A stretch of DNA of 64,000 bases from positions 4,805,009-4,869,008 of the forward strand of contig CM082591.2 in assembly GCA_040954595.2 (NCBI GenBank), in the 5' to 3' direction. Shown here in pieces: positions 14,361 to 26,500 of the stretch. Position 1 is the first letter of the stretch, and every line of letters starts with the position of its first letter. The notes beneath the pieces were generated by a model that worked only from the letters and a program-made list of their open reading frames with translations, did not search any database and had not been told where the DNA came from. Both the position numbers and the translations under genes were made by a program. The stretch is from Balanoglossus misakiensis (Eukaryota; Animalia; Hemichordata).

Positions 14361-14842
14361 ACGTTCCTATCGGATAACTTTTGATCAGGCTATTTGCATA
14401 CTCCAAGAGGTCAGCACCGAGGTCAAAGGTCACAATCCTAATGTGGCAACTCTCCGAATTGTGTACAATGTGGTCACTCAACGCAGTAAAAGTTGCTGAA
14501 ATATTTCAAAAGGGGCCTACGTGCACACATTAGCTAGAATAGAGTCACTGCTATTGCATGGATATACGAAAAAGGAAATCTCACAAGCGTTTTGTTTATT
14601 TTGCGTAAAGTAGAGCTGATTTTGTTATGGGTAGACAGTAGATTCGGAAGCGTTTAGTATAAATCATTACTAAATACAAAAAGAAAAAATATAATGTTAT
14701 ATTTGTCAAAAACATTATTTTTTTATATTGCGAAATCATTGTTGATATTACTTGATATTATAAAAACAAAAGAATTCAATTTGACCGAACAGACATTCTT
14801 AAAATAACGGAATATTCTCAATGCAAAAGGTATTCCCCCAAG
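14360..14842. promoter_or_regulatory. Putative bidirectional LARGE/PEX16 promoter with an octamer-like site and a perfect DR1 nuclear-receptor element
   Basis: Lies between divergent genes. ATTTGCAT at about 14392-14399, AGGTCA at 14408-14413 and AGGTCA-A-AGGTCA at 14420-14432. Confidence 0.5.
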
Positions 14843-17800
14843 ATGGCGGAGTTCAGCAGCGGGCATCGCATCCAGGGACTCTTCTCCAAAATAACATCCA
14901 AGTATCACGGCTATTGCACGGCTTATAAAGAATGGGTGACGCAGAACCCGGAGGTCGCCTCACAAATCGAGCACACCTTCAGAATAATGTCGTACTTTGT
15001 TTCAGGTAAGGTGCTAGGGATACGATTCGGCAGTAAACGTGTGTGATCGCGGGGATAGGTTTTCGTATCGCGTGCATCTTATCTCGCTGGACCGCATGGT
15101 CTTGATCGTCTTTCGGGCCGAAGCTCGGTAGCTGTAGCTGCTGGTCTCCGATAGACGACCCAAGCGTTGCTCCCCGTCCAACTCAGAAATCGTCAAGGGG
15201 AGTTGTTGGGCTGCAAAACTGGAGCAACCAAGGCGTACAAGCGCCTGTTGTTGTTGTTGTTGTTGTTGGGGTGTGCGTGGGAGGGGGTGTGGCAAGATAT
15301 AAACATCACATTTATCTCTGCTCTTCTCACCAAGAGATTCGTACATTTTGTGACTCATTAAAATGACTCAGGGATTTGTAACTTCTTGTATAACTAATTT
15401 TTGTGTGTGTTAATTTTCTTGTTTTAGGTCGTTTTGAACAGTCTCAGGAATTAGCAGAATTAGGTACTGTATTTGCTTTGTTTGTTTGTGGACAGATAAC
15501 ATGAACACTACTCACCAATCTTTGTCAAAATAATGGAAGTATTTCAGTATTACAGATATGTGTGTAACTGGCAAGCAAGAGGACCTAATATCTAATAGGG
15601 TCAAGAAAAATTACCATTAGCCATATATTTTATTCACAGTGTATGCAGCATCAAATCTCATGGTGTATGTAAATGATGCAATCCTCCGGAAGGCCACAAA
15701 ACTCCGACTGAAACTGGTGAGTTGCTGTTTGGGGGATGGGGAGTCGAAATCAGCTCAAATTCCACTGTGGGGTCTGGGTGTTGGCTTTAAGGCACGCTGA
15801 AAAAGCAGTGCATTTTCAGCTGACCCTACATCCGCAGATCTGAAGGACACTGTAAATCATTAACTGGCTTGACTCTTTATAAAACCCTGACCTATCGACC
15901 TTACTGTTGTTAGGCAGGCCCTTATCTTGATTTGGTTGACATGTTTGCCGCCAAAGTCTCACATGCCCTGTACTTGTCGTAACATGAATGTATAACTCGG
16001 TACACCTCGCAAAATGAAACTATTCAACTCTGCAAATTTGAAAAAAAATACAGTCTGCTTTTAAAATTAAGGCAAGGCCAAAACGAGGTGTGTGTCCAGA
16101 TAATGTGAGTTAGTTGATTTGATTTTGTCGAAAGTGATAACGAAAGCAACTGCAGCTGTGTTGGTCAAGGACAATTTAACCCCTCACCTGTTTCCATGAC
16201 AGCCACCACCATCTCAGTACCGCATGATGTCCTGGCTGACCATCATCGAGTACATAGAAGTCTTCGTGGAGATTGCTGCCAGGAGACTGTGGGGTGAAGC
16301 GGGACGATGGGTTGTCATAGTGATCATCCAAATTGTCAAGTAAGTCTGTGATTTCTGTGATAAAGCAAGTTAACCATGGTGAAATGTTCAGTATTCGGCT
16401 TGTCAACAATGAACCTGTAACACATCTTTATTTCTCTTACACATGCAATAGATGACATAGAAATATTGAACACTGTTGGTTTTATCTTCAGGGCGGCCCT
16501 GCGGGCGATTCTTCTGCTGTACCACAAGGTTGGCTTGCAGTCGATGCCACCACTATTCCCACTGAACAGACAGACTTGTGCCCAGATGGCCGATGGTGTC
16601 ACCGCAGAAACTGATGATGTCACAGCAATAAATGATGATGTCACAGCAGTGACTGATGATGTCACAGCCAGCGGTGGCGTCGCAGAATCTGGGGAGGGGA
16701 CCAGAGACGAGGAAACTGGTGCCGTGAAGGATTTCTCCGGAGATTTCGAGAGGGTTTACAGAGAGTGCGAATCGGCCACTCCGAAGAGGAACACCTTCAC
16801 TGGCAAACGAACAGGGAGAGTGGTCAGAACTCTCCATGCAGGTAATCTTGCTTATTCAAGATTCGACCCTTTCACCACCATGGTTTAGTCCAAACCTATT
16901 GTTTTCTATGGTAAAGTTCAGACCTCTAAAGAGGGAATTAGGGGTGAAAGGGTTAAAAACTGTATGAAGGTTCCTATGGTGACTTGACAAACCACTGGCA
17001 CTGTCCTCCTCTTGGGACTAATTGCATTGTATTCCTGGTCCAACAGAAAGTACTGTTCAAGTAAATTTTGATTTCAATGACATACACCTGATGCATTAAC
17101 ACTACCCTTTGTTAATCATTTACAGTAATATATCATGTTATATAATATCATATGTGACATGTAATGTTAACTTATCATGTGGCTTTCTTTTGCTCTCCTT
17201 TTGAAGCACCACCGTTAAATTGTCGGACCTGGAAACTGCCGACAACGAATGGTGAAAAGAAGGAAGAACCATGGAGTAAATACTTGCCACCAACACGTCT
17301 AACTAAACAGATGCTTATAGCAGAGAGTTTACATATAGCAAGACCCCTTGCACATTGTATCCTTTGGAAAACGAAAACAAAAGGTCTTTATGATTGTGAG
17401 ATCTGCCATTTTGTGGATGCGTGTAAGAGAGAGAGAGTTAAAAATACTGCCAGGCCACAGGATAACTTATTTATAACATATTTGTACTTTACATGTAGTT
17501 TCCTTTGACTTCGCACGCTCAGTGGCATCCATGTTCAAATTTGGTCAAAAGTCATGGAAACCATGGCTACTGGCTTGTGGAATGGACATATCAAGGTGAG
17601 TTAGGGTTAGGGATTTCTATAGCTGCGACATGCAGAGCTAAGAGTGATTATAGTTTAAACCAGCCTAGCCACAACATGGCTACTCCCTTCTTACAATCAC
17701 CTACATTAGAGGAGAGAGCAACAGTGCCCTTGGCGCTATTTTTACACTGGCAGGTACAATACACCAGTAATGTTTAACGTTTCAGTTTGTTGATGATGAG

Positions 17801-18517
17801 AGACGGCGGCGAACTGAACGTCAACGAAAAAGCAGAAATAAAAAGGCGAACAGCGTATCTTTTGTACTATCTGCTGAGATCGCCATTCTACGACAGATAT
17901 TCCAAGTAAGTGGCTCTGTTCTTGACGGAATTTTGGTGGAGAGACATTGGTGTTAACATGGTCTGCGTGGACGTATGTACCCCTGAATAAAGATATCATC
18001 TGACAACCTTAATGATAGAGTGTCCAGCCATCATGTACTATTCTCATCTCTTTTTTTTTGCAGAGCAAAAATAATATTAGTACTATCAGCAATGGCGAAT
18101 AAAATCCCTGGTGCAGGCCTTGTTGTCAGTAAGTAAATTATCTGCAGTGTGCTGGACGTTTGTAGAGGGGGAAAAGTGAAAGGATTGTGGTCTTTACCCA
18201 TCCTTGGGGGAACAGTGTATTAATTTAAGTCTGGACTTAAATACATTTATCAACAAAAACAATGATTGGTACACATACATATAGCATGTTGACAAGCAGA
18301 ACACTGAGCTTGTAGAGAGGGAAACGAGAAAATATATTTGATGTACAAAACAAAAACACTGAAAAATATCCACAAGTTACAGATAGTGGTCCTTTAATGA
18401 TACTGATTTGCATTTGGCTGTTCTCTCATACTTTGTTTGTATTTTACTGTTTCAGGACCCCTCTTGGATTATTTACCCTATTGGCAGCAAGTTTACTTCT
18501 ATAATTGGGGGTACTAG
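14843..18517 (+). CDS. PEX16: Peroxisomal membrane biogenesis protein PEX16, 10 exons, about 410 aa
   Basis: Exons: 14843-15005, 15428-15463, 15640-15716, 16203-16339, 16492-16841, 17207-17356, 17523-17595, 17786-17905, 18064-18128, 18456-18517 (1233 nt). Pex16 motifs: [93 protein letters not shown] and [18 protein letters not shown]. Confidence 0.95.
15246..15268. repeat. (TTG)n microsatellite in PEX16 intron 1
   Basis: A TGTTGTTG run that explains the spurious poly-Q and poly-L ORFs. Confidence 0.85.
16590..16670 (+). repeat. Coding 21-bp minisatellite (4 copies) in PEX16 exon 5
   Basis: GATG(G/A)TGTCAC(C/A)GC units encode [28 protein letters not shown]. Confidence 0.85.
16863..16956. mobile_element. 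About 90-bp piggyBac-like MITE (ACCCTTTCACC...GGTGAAAGGGTTAA)
   Basis: Short TIRs. Related copies at about 7529-7620, 3811-3898 and 5706-5742 (partial) share the internal CCATGGTTTAGTCCAAAC or its complement. Confidence 0.7.
17357..17522 (+). other. U12-type (minor spliceosome) GT-AG intron in PEX16
   Basis: 5' splice site GTATCCTTT. Branch-like TTCCTTTGAC at about 17500-17509, 13-14 nt before the AG, with no polypyrimidine tract. Splicing restores the frame (AHL-ASMF). Confidence 0.85.
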
Positions 18518-20403
18518 AAACAGTCCAAGGACCACAGCGAATACTGCCATTACGCACCTACGTATACAACAAATATATCAAGGCACAACAGGATATATTG
18601 ATGATTAAAAACTATGTATAATTTGGGTTTTTAAATTCATAGCTTCTGTATATAATTATCTGTTGTCATTTAGCAAAATCAGGAATTTTGAGTTTTGAAA
18701 AATTTACCAATGTTGACTCAACGTAGTGCATTTAGTTTTATACCTTTCCTCCTATTCTTAGGACATATTTTCTACTGTTGAATGCTGTTAACATGTGTTT
18801 ATTTGCAGAGAGTTTCTATAGTTTATCATTTTTTGTGTATTTTTTTGGGGGGGGAGGGGGAGATAGGTCGATGAGACTTAAGAGTTCCTGGACTAACTTT
18901 CATGAAACTTATCAGACAAATTGTTTTCTCATGTAATAGACTGTATTAAAAACTGCTTCTGACCAATAAACTGCAAACTTGCATATTTTATAACTGTTCT
19001 ACTTAGTCATTTAGTTCTGAAATTACTGCACTTGATGTGCAGGTATTGATACGAGAGAAATCTTACCAGGTTATGTCGATTCCAGACGTCATCACTGCCA
19101 GTCAAAAGTGCGCCTCGGGCGGTAGGATATGAGCAACGCGTGATCTTATGCTGGCTTCGCCCCTCGCCTGGTCATACCGCCAGTGGTGGCGCACTAGCGA
19201 AGTGACGAGATCTGGTAACACAAAATAAGTGTACGTCATTAAAGTCTGTCAACACACACGTCCCGGGACTTTGTTTTGGCTTACATCATAAAAATTTCTC
19301 CAAAATCCCTAAATCGAAAAAAATAATGTAACATGACCCATACCTCCATGCATGACCAGAGACTAAAATGTCAGCACTTGGAAGAAAGCTGGCAAGTATG
19401 GAAGTCCGGTATAAATCTAATATCGACACAATACTCCATTGACAGCTACCACCCATACCATACATACATGCAGTGCGGGGCCGCCAGTCTATTTTGTCCT
19501 TATTGTCTCGCTACATTATGCATGCAAACGCCTGCATTAAATCTTCTTCAATTAATTCACGTACTCTATGCTCAAATTAGTGTGATATATGCCTCTATCA
19601 CGGTTCTATCGTGCGCACCCTGACAATACACTCGCTGGGTTGGATGAACTAGCACGTTGTCCACAGGTGGTACACGGTAAACGGAGATTCACCATCTGAG
19701 GTAAGTCTACTGCGGGACCTATATATGCTTGTACATAATACTATTATAGTCGTTTCGGTTTACTTCCATCTCTACAAGCTAGCCTTCACCGCAGGTCATG
19801 CGAAACAAACCGTGGGATTAACGATATCTCACGGTAATAGTGCACACCGGTGTTTCGACCGCCCGGAATCGAATTGTCAAATCCCCCCCCCCCCTGAGGA
19901 AATTCGTTGGCAGAGAGTTTCTATGATTCAGAAATAAGGTATTCACTATCTGTCGTGACTACAGAATCTACAGAGGATCTCGCGATCGCGTCTTGCGGCA
20001 AATTTCGTTTGAAACATACTTAGTAATTGCCATCTATTGTCTATATGCAACATTTAGCGTCTGCTGTAAGCGATCTGTTCGCCAACTTATATTAGCATTA
20101 CTTAATAATGTGTACAGTGTAGAAAGTGTATATGATTTCTTCATCCTAATCATAACCCCAATTCAAATTCCAAGAAGATAACGCTGCTGTAAATTATTTT
20201 GTAACTCAGTGCGCAGTGGACATAAAATTTTCATTTCCCTGTCAAATTTTCATTTCCATATTCACTGAGTGACTGAAACATCAGTGACTTCACAATTGTT
20301 GCTGTCGACAGCAGCAGGCCCTTGGTTAAATTGATCATTACTCCCCAACAATAAATACGCCTAACCATGGACCTCTAGAGTCTCGTCGAGGTCCCCAAAC
20401 AAT

Positions 20404-20660
20404 ACACGTCCATATTAAATTTGGAGCGAAAAATACAGAATAATCATCATCATTCCTCCCTTGAAGGCGATAAGTGATAGCTAATCATCTTCAATAACAA
20501 AAAGTTCAACATCGCTGTTATATTTTCAATCCCAGCGGGGATTTTAATATCAGTCCATTGGTTTCGAGCCGTTTCGAACAAGAAAGGCTATCACCTATCG
20601 CTTTCAAGGGAGGAATGTTGATGATTAGAACGTTTCGCTCTAAATGTCATGGACGTGTAG
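20404..20660. mobile_element. Intergenic inverted-repeat element (MITE-like)
   Basis: ACACGTCCAT...GAGCGAAA...AATCATCATCATTCCTCCCTTGAAGGCGATAAGTGATAGC pairs with GCTATCACCTATCGCTTTCAAGGGAGGAATGTTGATGATT...TTTCGCTC...ATGGACGTGT. Confidence 0.7.
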
Positions 20661-22669
20661 TGTCCGGCAAACAACCTTGATTTATTTTCAGGGCCATCTA
20701 AGGAGTCCCGTGGGAAATAACGACATTGCAGTAATAAAATGATATTAGGGGTAGCTTGTCTAGGTTTTCAGCGTTTTTTTATCGAATGCAATATTTGTTC
20801 TACCCCAAACAGCGCGCTAATAGGCCCAGTGCGTGGACACCACTTGTCCGCGTTACGACTATTGTTATTGGTGACAATTGAATTCTAGTCCGGACTGGCA
20901 CCCGCTTGTCAACATGGCTGACCCAACGACATTTAGTCACCCACCCATCCCTTCCCTCCAATGGACCTCACTGCCTGACAAACACGTCACCTTTGTATTA
21001 GTTTCTTCTAACAATAGAGTCCCAGAATAAGTGACCTTCACTGTACACTAACTGAATATCAAATGATGATTGAAACAGCTAGATAGGTTGAAAGTGTCCA
21101 TGTACATGTATAGCGAGAATGAGATATGATAGCAACGTCCAGCGCGTTAACACACAGCTTCTTTTTAAATGAAAGACGAAGTGTTAACATAATCAAGCCA
21201 CGGGGTAACACGCTCTTCTTTTTAATAGTACATCATAAAACCTAATCTATCTAGAAATGTTTTAATTTTTGCCTTGGGGCAACATCATTAGCTCAAGCAT
21301 GCGTACCTTGACTATTCATTTCAGTGCCTTTCTCCCTGGAAATTTGTGCGGGTTGATTTGACCTTGCTTTGGTACATTTTACAGGGGGTGCCACGACTTC
21401 ATTGATTGTCCTTTCCAATTTTGTGGGTCATAAATTATAACGTTTGTCTAACATTTTTTTTATCCACGGGAGCCAACTTGCAGAAAAATAAAACACCTTG
21501 GATAACTATCACCCATTCATTTTCACGGCAACAGCGCACTGCTTGGACGTTCACCCAAATCACAGTGTCCAAATCATTAACACATCCTTAATGAAACATT
21601 TACGTAATAAAGGGACAAGTAATTACTGGGAGGGATAATTAATTGTGTTTATGCTAATCGTCAACTTTAATTTATGCAGCGCGTTGAAATGATACATTAC
21701 TTGTATTTGTTTTGTCATGACAATGGCTATTTTGCGCAAGTGATCGCACACGTTGTCTGTCATTACACCTGCGTTTCTTGATACTAGTATACACGTGGTT
21801 ACCGGATGTTGCAACTTGTAGAATAGCTTTTATTTGGGGATTTAAAGGTGAGTTCTGTCATGATTGCATTTTGCATACATGTAGGCCTACTACTAAGTTT
21901 ATTCACGGCCACTCCACATTGTAGAGGGACCGTGGTTTATTTAACAGACGTTCACGGACAAATTCAGTACTCCAAATGTTCTATCGTTTGTTGTAAGCGA
22001 GCACAAGTTTCATGTCAAGGTTACCCTCAAATTTCCGAAACAGACATGTCCTTGTTACAGCAACAGATGAAGGGGAAAAAAACTGTGGTCATTTGGGTTT
22101 TGCATATGTATGGTTTCAAATAGCTTTGATGCTACTGTTGCACGCTTTGTCATAGTACCTCATAAATTTTGATGAAGAGAAGAGTGTACATGTATTGTGT
22201 AATTTGAACGTGTACACATAATATATTGATGTTACAGCAATATAATGACTAAAACCCATTTTTTTCTTGTGTTTCTATTCTGAATATTACATGTTAGTGT
22301 CTGATAATAAAACTGCAAAGTTACCAGCGCAAGAATAAACATTAATAATTGACCATGTTAATTAATTATAGTTCGAACCCAGCGTTGTCGCCAGCTAAGG
22401 TATTATTTGGTTAATTAAAACAGATTAATAGCGCATTTCATAACCTTCACAGCTTTTAATGTCATACTGAATGGTCGAACGCAGTATTCGACAAACTGAA
22501 TAATGGTAAAATGATGACGGATTTGCGAACGGTCAGGATATAAAGGGAGAGGTCGTCAGAACTGCACACGCGCGACTTTTCTGTTTACAGACACACCATC
22601 AGTATTTTTCCCACTGTTCAGGGAGACCCTGCCAACCAGTATCAAAGGAAATTAAAAATGTGATAAAAT

Positions 22670-22812
22670 GTAACAACTCATTGTTTGCCATGATGTACAG
22701 TGTATTACAAAGTAACAACCATATTGTTTGCAATGATTTATATTGTAGCAGTTACACTACAGTGTAATACAAAGTAACAACTTTGCAATGATGTACAGTG
22801 TAGCAGTTACAC
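22670..22812. repeat. Degenerate short tandem repeat
   Basis: About 3 imperfect units containing GTAACAAC...TTGCAATGAT...GTGTA(G)CAGTTACAC. Confidence 0.55.
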
Positions 22813-23539
22813 ATTGCGCCTACTTTGGCACGCTAGCAACTGTGTCGTATCGGACCCATACCCGAAGCCGCAGACGGGAGACACCCACCATTTAAAACTT
22901 ACAAATTGATAGATATGGACAAGAAGATGTCTTTTTTGATGGAATTTAATGAGTCTTGAAAAATGAAACGTACGCGTTCAATTCAGAACACACAAACAAC
23001 ATCAACCACGTCAGTACATCAATATACCCCAATCCAAACCAAAATAAATTGCATTACGTTGCACTCAACCAAATTTCTGGACTGTACTGCACTGCACATC
23101 ACCACACAGTGAGCAATACAATTCTATACTGTTCTCTGACAAATTCAACACAATTTGGAAATAGTGTCCCATCACCCACCCATCTATTGCCGTCACGCCC
23201 ATAATTAATTAGCTGTAATGACACAGAGATACATGCAGGCAGTCGCAATTAGTCTTGACAATATAAAACACTAAATGCTATGACCAGGGCCATTTTCGGT
23301 CACACACTAATGCACCTTCATAAGGCCCCGAGGGACTCTGTGTGATCGGTGCTAACAACAGCATCAGCCCCGTTCATAAATGTATGTATTCATGTCACAA
23401 CAATCTACGATAATATACACGTCGTGCAGTAGAGTGTCACGTGTAATAAAAGGCTATTAAATTGCCTTCATCCTAATTTGTTATTTATTAAACGTTCATA
23501 TTCTGTTTCGTCGTTCAGGACAGAGCAGATTAGTATACC

Positions 23540-26500
23540 ATGGATCAGCAGATAATATACATCTTGTGTTACATCGCATGGATATCGTCTCACGCTTGCA
23601 AGGTAAATGCTGTTTCAAAATTATTTCCATCGTCTTTCAATGTGGCAACAAAATGTGTTCGATACTATTTCACACGACGAAAATACTAAAACAATGCCCA
23701 AAAGATACCGATAGTGGCCGTTTAATTAAAGAAATGTAGATTTTAGTGACACATTCTGTGCGCGTCTCTTACAGGGGCAGACTTGCGCGGAACCAAATCC
23801 GTGCGAACAGTTGTGTCAGATCGGACAGGACGGAGAGAGTGAGTGCAGTTGTCTCCAAGGATATGCACTGACCGAGAACGGCACACATTGCCAAGGTAAT
23901 TTGATGTTATCCCTTTTCCCCGTTCCCGATGGAGAGTTCTGTGGCAAATTGGGATTGATAGCGCCATATATTGGCCTTAGAATTGTCCACATGAGATGTT
24001 GACAAATTCATCTTGGTAATGGCATATCTGTCACATTCAGCATTTACATGGCAACATGGGGCACAGCTTCGTTGGTAGCATTTAATTGATGTTTCGTTTT
24101 CTTGTTTCAACAACCAGATGTCGACGAATGTGACGCTTACAGCAACGACACGGCCTGTCATCAAATATGCCTCAACACCGTCGGCTCATACAGTTGTGAC
24201 TGTTATGAGGGGTACAATTTACAGGCTGATGGTGAAACGTGCAGACCAGGTGTGTATTAAAAAGCTTCTATCAGTGACGGCCCTATATCTTCATAATCGA
24301 ACAGTCAATCATATTTTAACACAGTAGCATTGAAATATATACCCATTGTATTTTGTCGTTCTGTAGCCTGCGATCTTCGCGAGTATCCGTGTACAGACGG
24401 GACGTGTATACCAAATACATGGGTGTGTGATTTTTGGCCCGACTGCGGGGACGACGAAGGAGAATCGGTATGCGGCGGTAAGTGTAAACACGGGCAAAGT
24501 CGTTCACGTATATGACACCGGGGAACAATATTATTTAAGGTGGAATAACATTTTTGCCTCATTACATTTTTGTAGTCGAGAGTGCAAAACGTGTAGTTTC
24601 TGAAGTTATATGTAACATACACTGAAATAGCTTGGTGTACTTGACCATTTAAATCTAATGGGTAGATTCTACGATTTATTCCACGGAACAGTGCAAAAAA
24701 AAATACAGAGGAATTTTTGTACAAATCTGTAAGTTAAGGAGGCTACCCTTTTGGTAACCTTTGGTATGCCATTGCAATGACAAACTGAGTTTACTAAATG
24801 ACTGTGTTTTTATTCACTCATATGTGCACTGTTACATTCTTTGTAGCTTGTGGGAAGGGGGCGTTTTCATGTGAAGACGGACTCTGTATATCCCCTTATT
24901 GGGTGTGCGACGGCGAGGAAGATTGCGCCTTTGGCGAAGACGAGTCTTTTTGTCCAGGTACAATCCTTAAAGTACTGTGTATACCCACAGCTCTTGGGTA
25001 AAGTGCTTATTGATTATATGTGTTGGTCGATTTGTTCAGACGTTGTGGTATTCAACATCTTGATTCAAACGACAACTTATGTTTTGAGTGTCCATTGTTT
25101 GTTTACAGGACTCTGTGCACGGTATCAATGTAACGACGGCCAGTGCATTCCCGACAATTGGGAATGTGATGGTTTCCCTGATTGCTCAACGGGGGAAGAT
25201 GAGGCTGGTTGTCAAGGTAACATAAGATTATCCTTCAAATACATGCATTTATTTACCTTACGATAATTTACCAGAGTTATCGGCTTGGTCGGAAGGGGGG
25301 GGGGTGTGCTATGTACAAATCAGATGGCGGATCTAACGAGAACAACCAATAGGCCAAATGGCACATGCGTGTCAAAGTCGCGCATTGTATTTATGTGTGA
25401 TTCTTTCCACAATTTTCGTACCAAGTAATTATATGGAAACGTCCTGGCAAGACAAACGTTCTAATTTCTTGTGTTTCAAACGACAACTTGGGTGTTGAGG
25501 GTTTTACATCATTTGTTTTCAGGAGGCTGTGCCGAGGGAGAGTATCAATGCAACGACGGGTTGTGCATTCCCGAATCTTGGATATGTGATGATTTCGGGG
25601 ATTGCTCAACGGGGGAAGATGAGGCTGGTTGTCACGGTAACAGCAGATTTCCCTTCAAATTAGTTCATTTATTTATCTAACTTGCCGTATGTTCCCATAG
25701 ATATCGAAGGGGTGGGGGCTTCTTGTCCTGGAGAGAGTGTAAAATCTATCGCGAAATAGTCGTTTTAATTTCAGACTTCGCTTCCATACATTCTCTTTTC
25801 AGAAAACCACTTATGTGGAGACGACCAGTATAAATGTATCTCTGGCGAATGCATACCAAGGGATCTACTCTGTGACGTCAACCACGACTGTCTTGGCGGC
25901 GAAGATGAACTTGACTGCTCAGGTACTGATCAATTTGTGTTTCATTTCAATGCAATGCTGTTGTAAGATGAGCGGATTGTGAACTCAATAGAACTTTCTT
26001 ACTATTATTTTGTTGTTTTACTCTCTTAAAGACCAACGATCGTCTTTTGCGCATGCGCGTAATTTCGTGTGTACAAATATAACGTCCGATCCAAATGTTC
26101 GGCAAATTTTGCGTTCGACGCATTCAGACAGTGGGCTGCCTTCGCTTCGCATCCTTTAGGCTTTATTTTTGTCCCTTCTTTTCACCCAATTTGATGTCTC
26201 AGTTTTCCTGATCTCTGACACAGACTATGGCCACCGCCTCGTGTCTGTTGTTAACACAGCGCACTGTCTAATGGCCCAGTATACAATTTTTGTTACCGGG
26301 GTCTGTGGTTTGGCACATGCGCATAAGACGATCGTCGCCCATTAAACCAACCCGAAGGAGATACATATTACTGCTGACTCGAGCAACGAGATTGTTTTCC
26401 ACGTCATTGGGTGAAATGCGACACTGATCTGAGTTTCGAATAATTTATTTCTCAAATAAATTTGACCATGCAGGCGAAAGCGAAAACTTGGCGTACGGAA

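Noticed and set aside
15014-15361. Poly-Q and poly-L ORFs
   Set aside because: They arise from a (TTG)n run in PEX16 intron 1 and have no splice or domain support.
19600-22560. Candidate GPCR 5' UTR exon (GAG|GTAAGT at about 19700) and TATAAAG at 22539
   Set aside because: An upstream exon is implied by the acceptor near 23518, but I cannot choose between the candidates from sequence alone.
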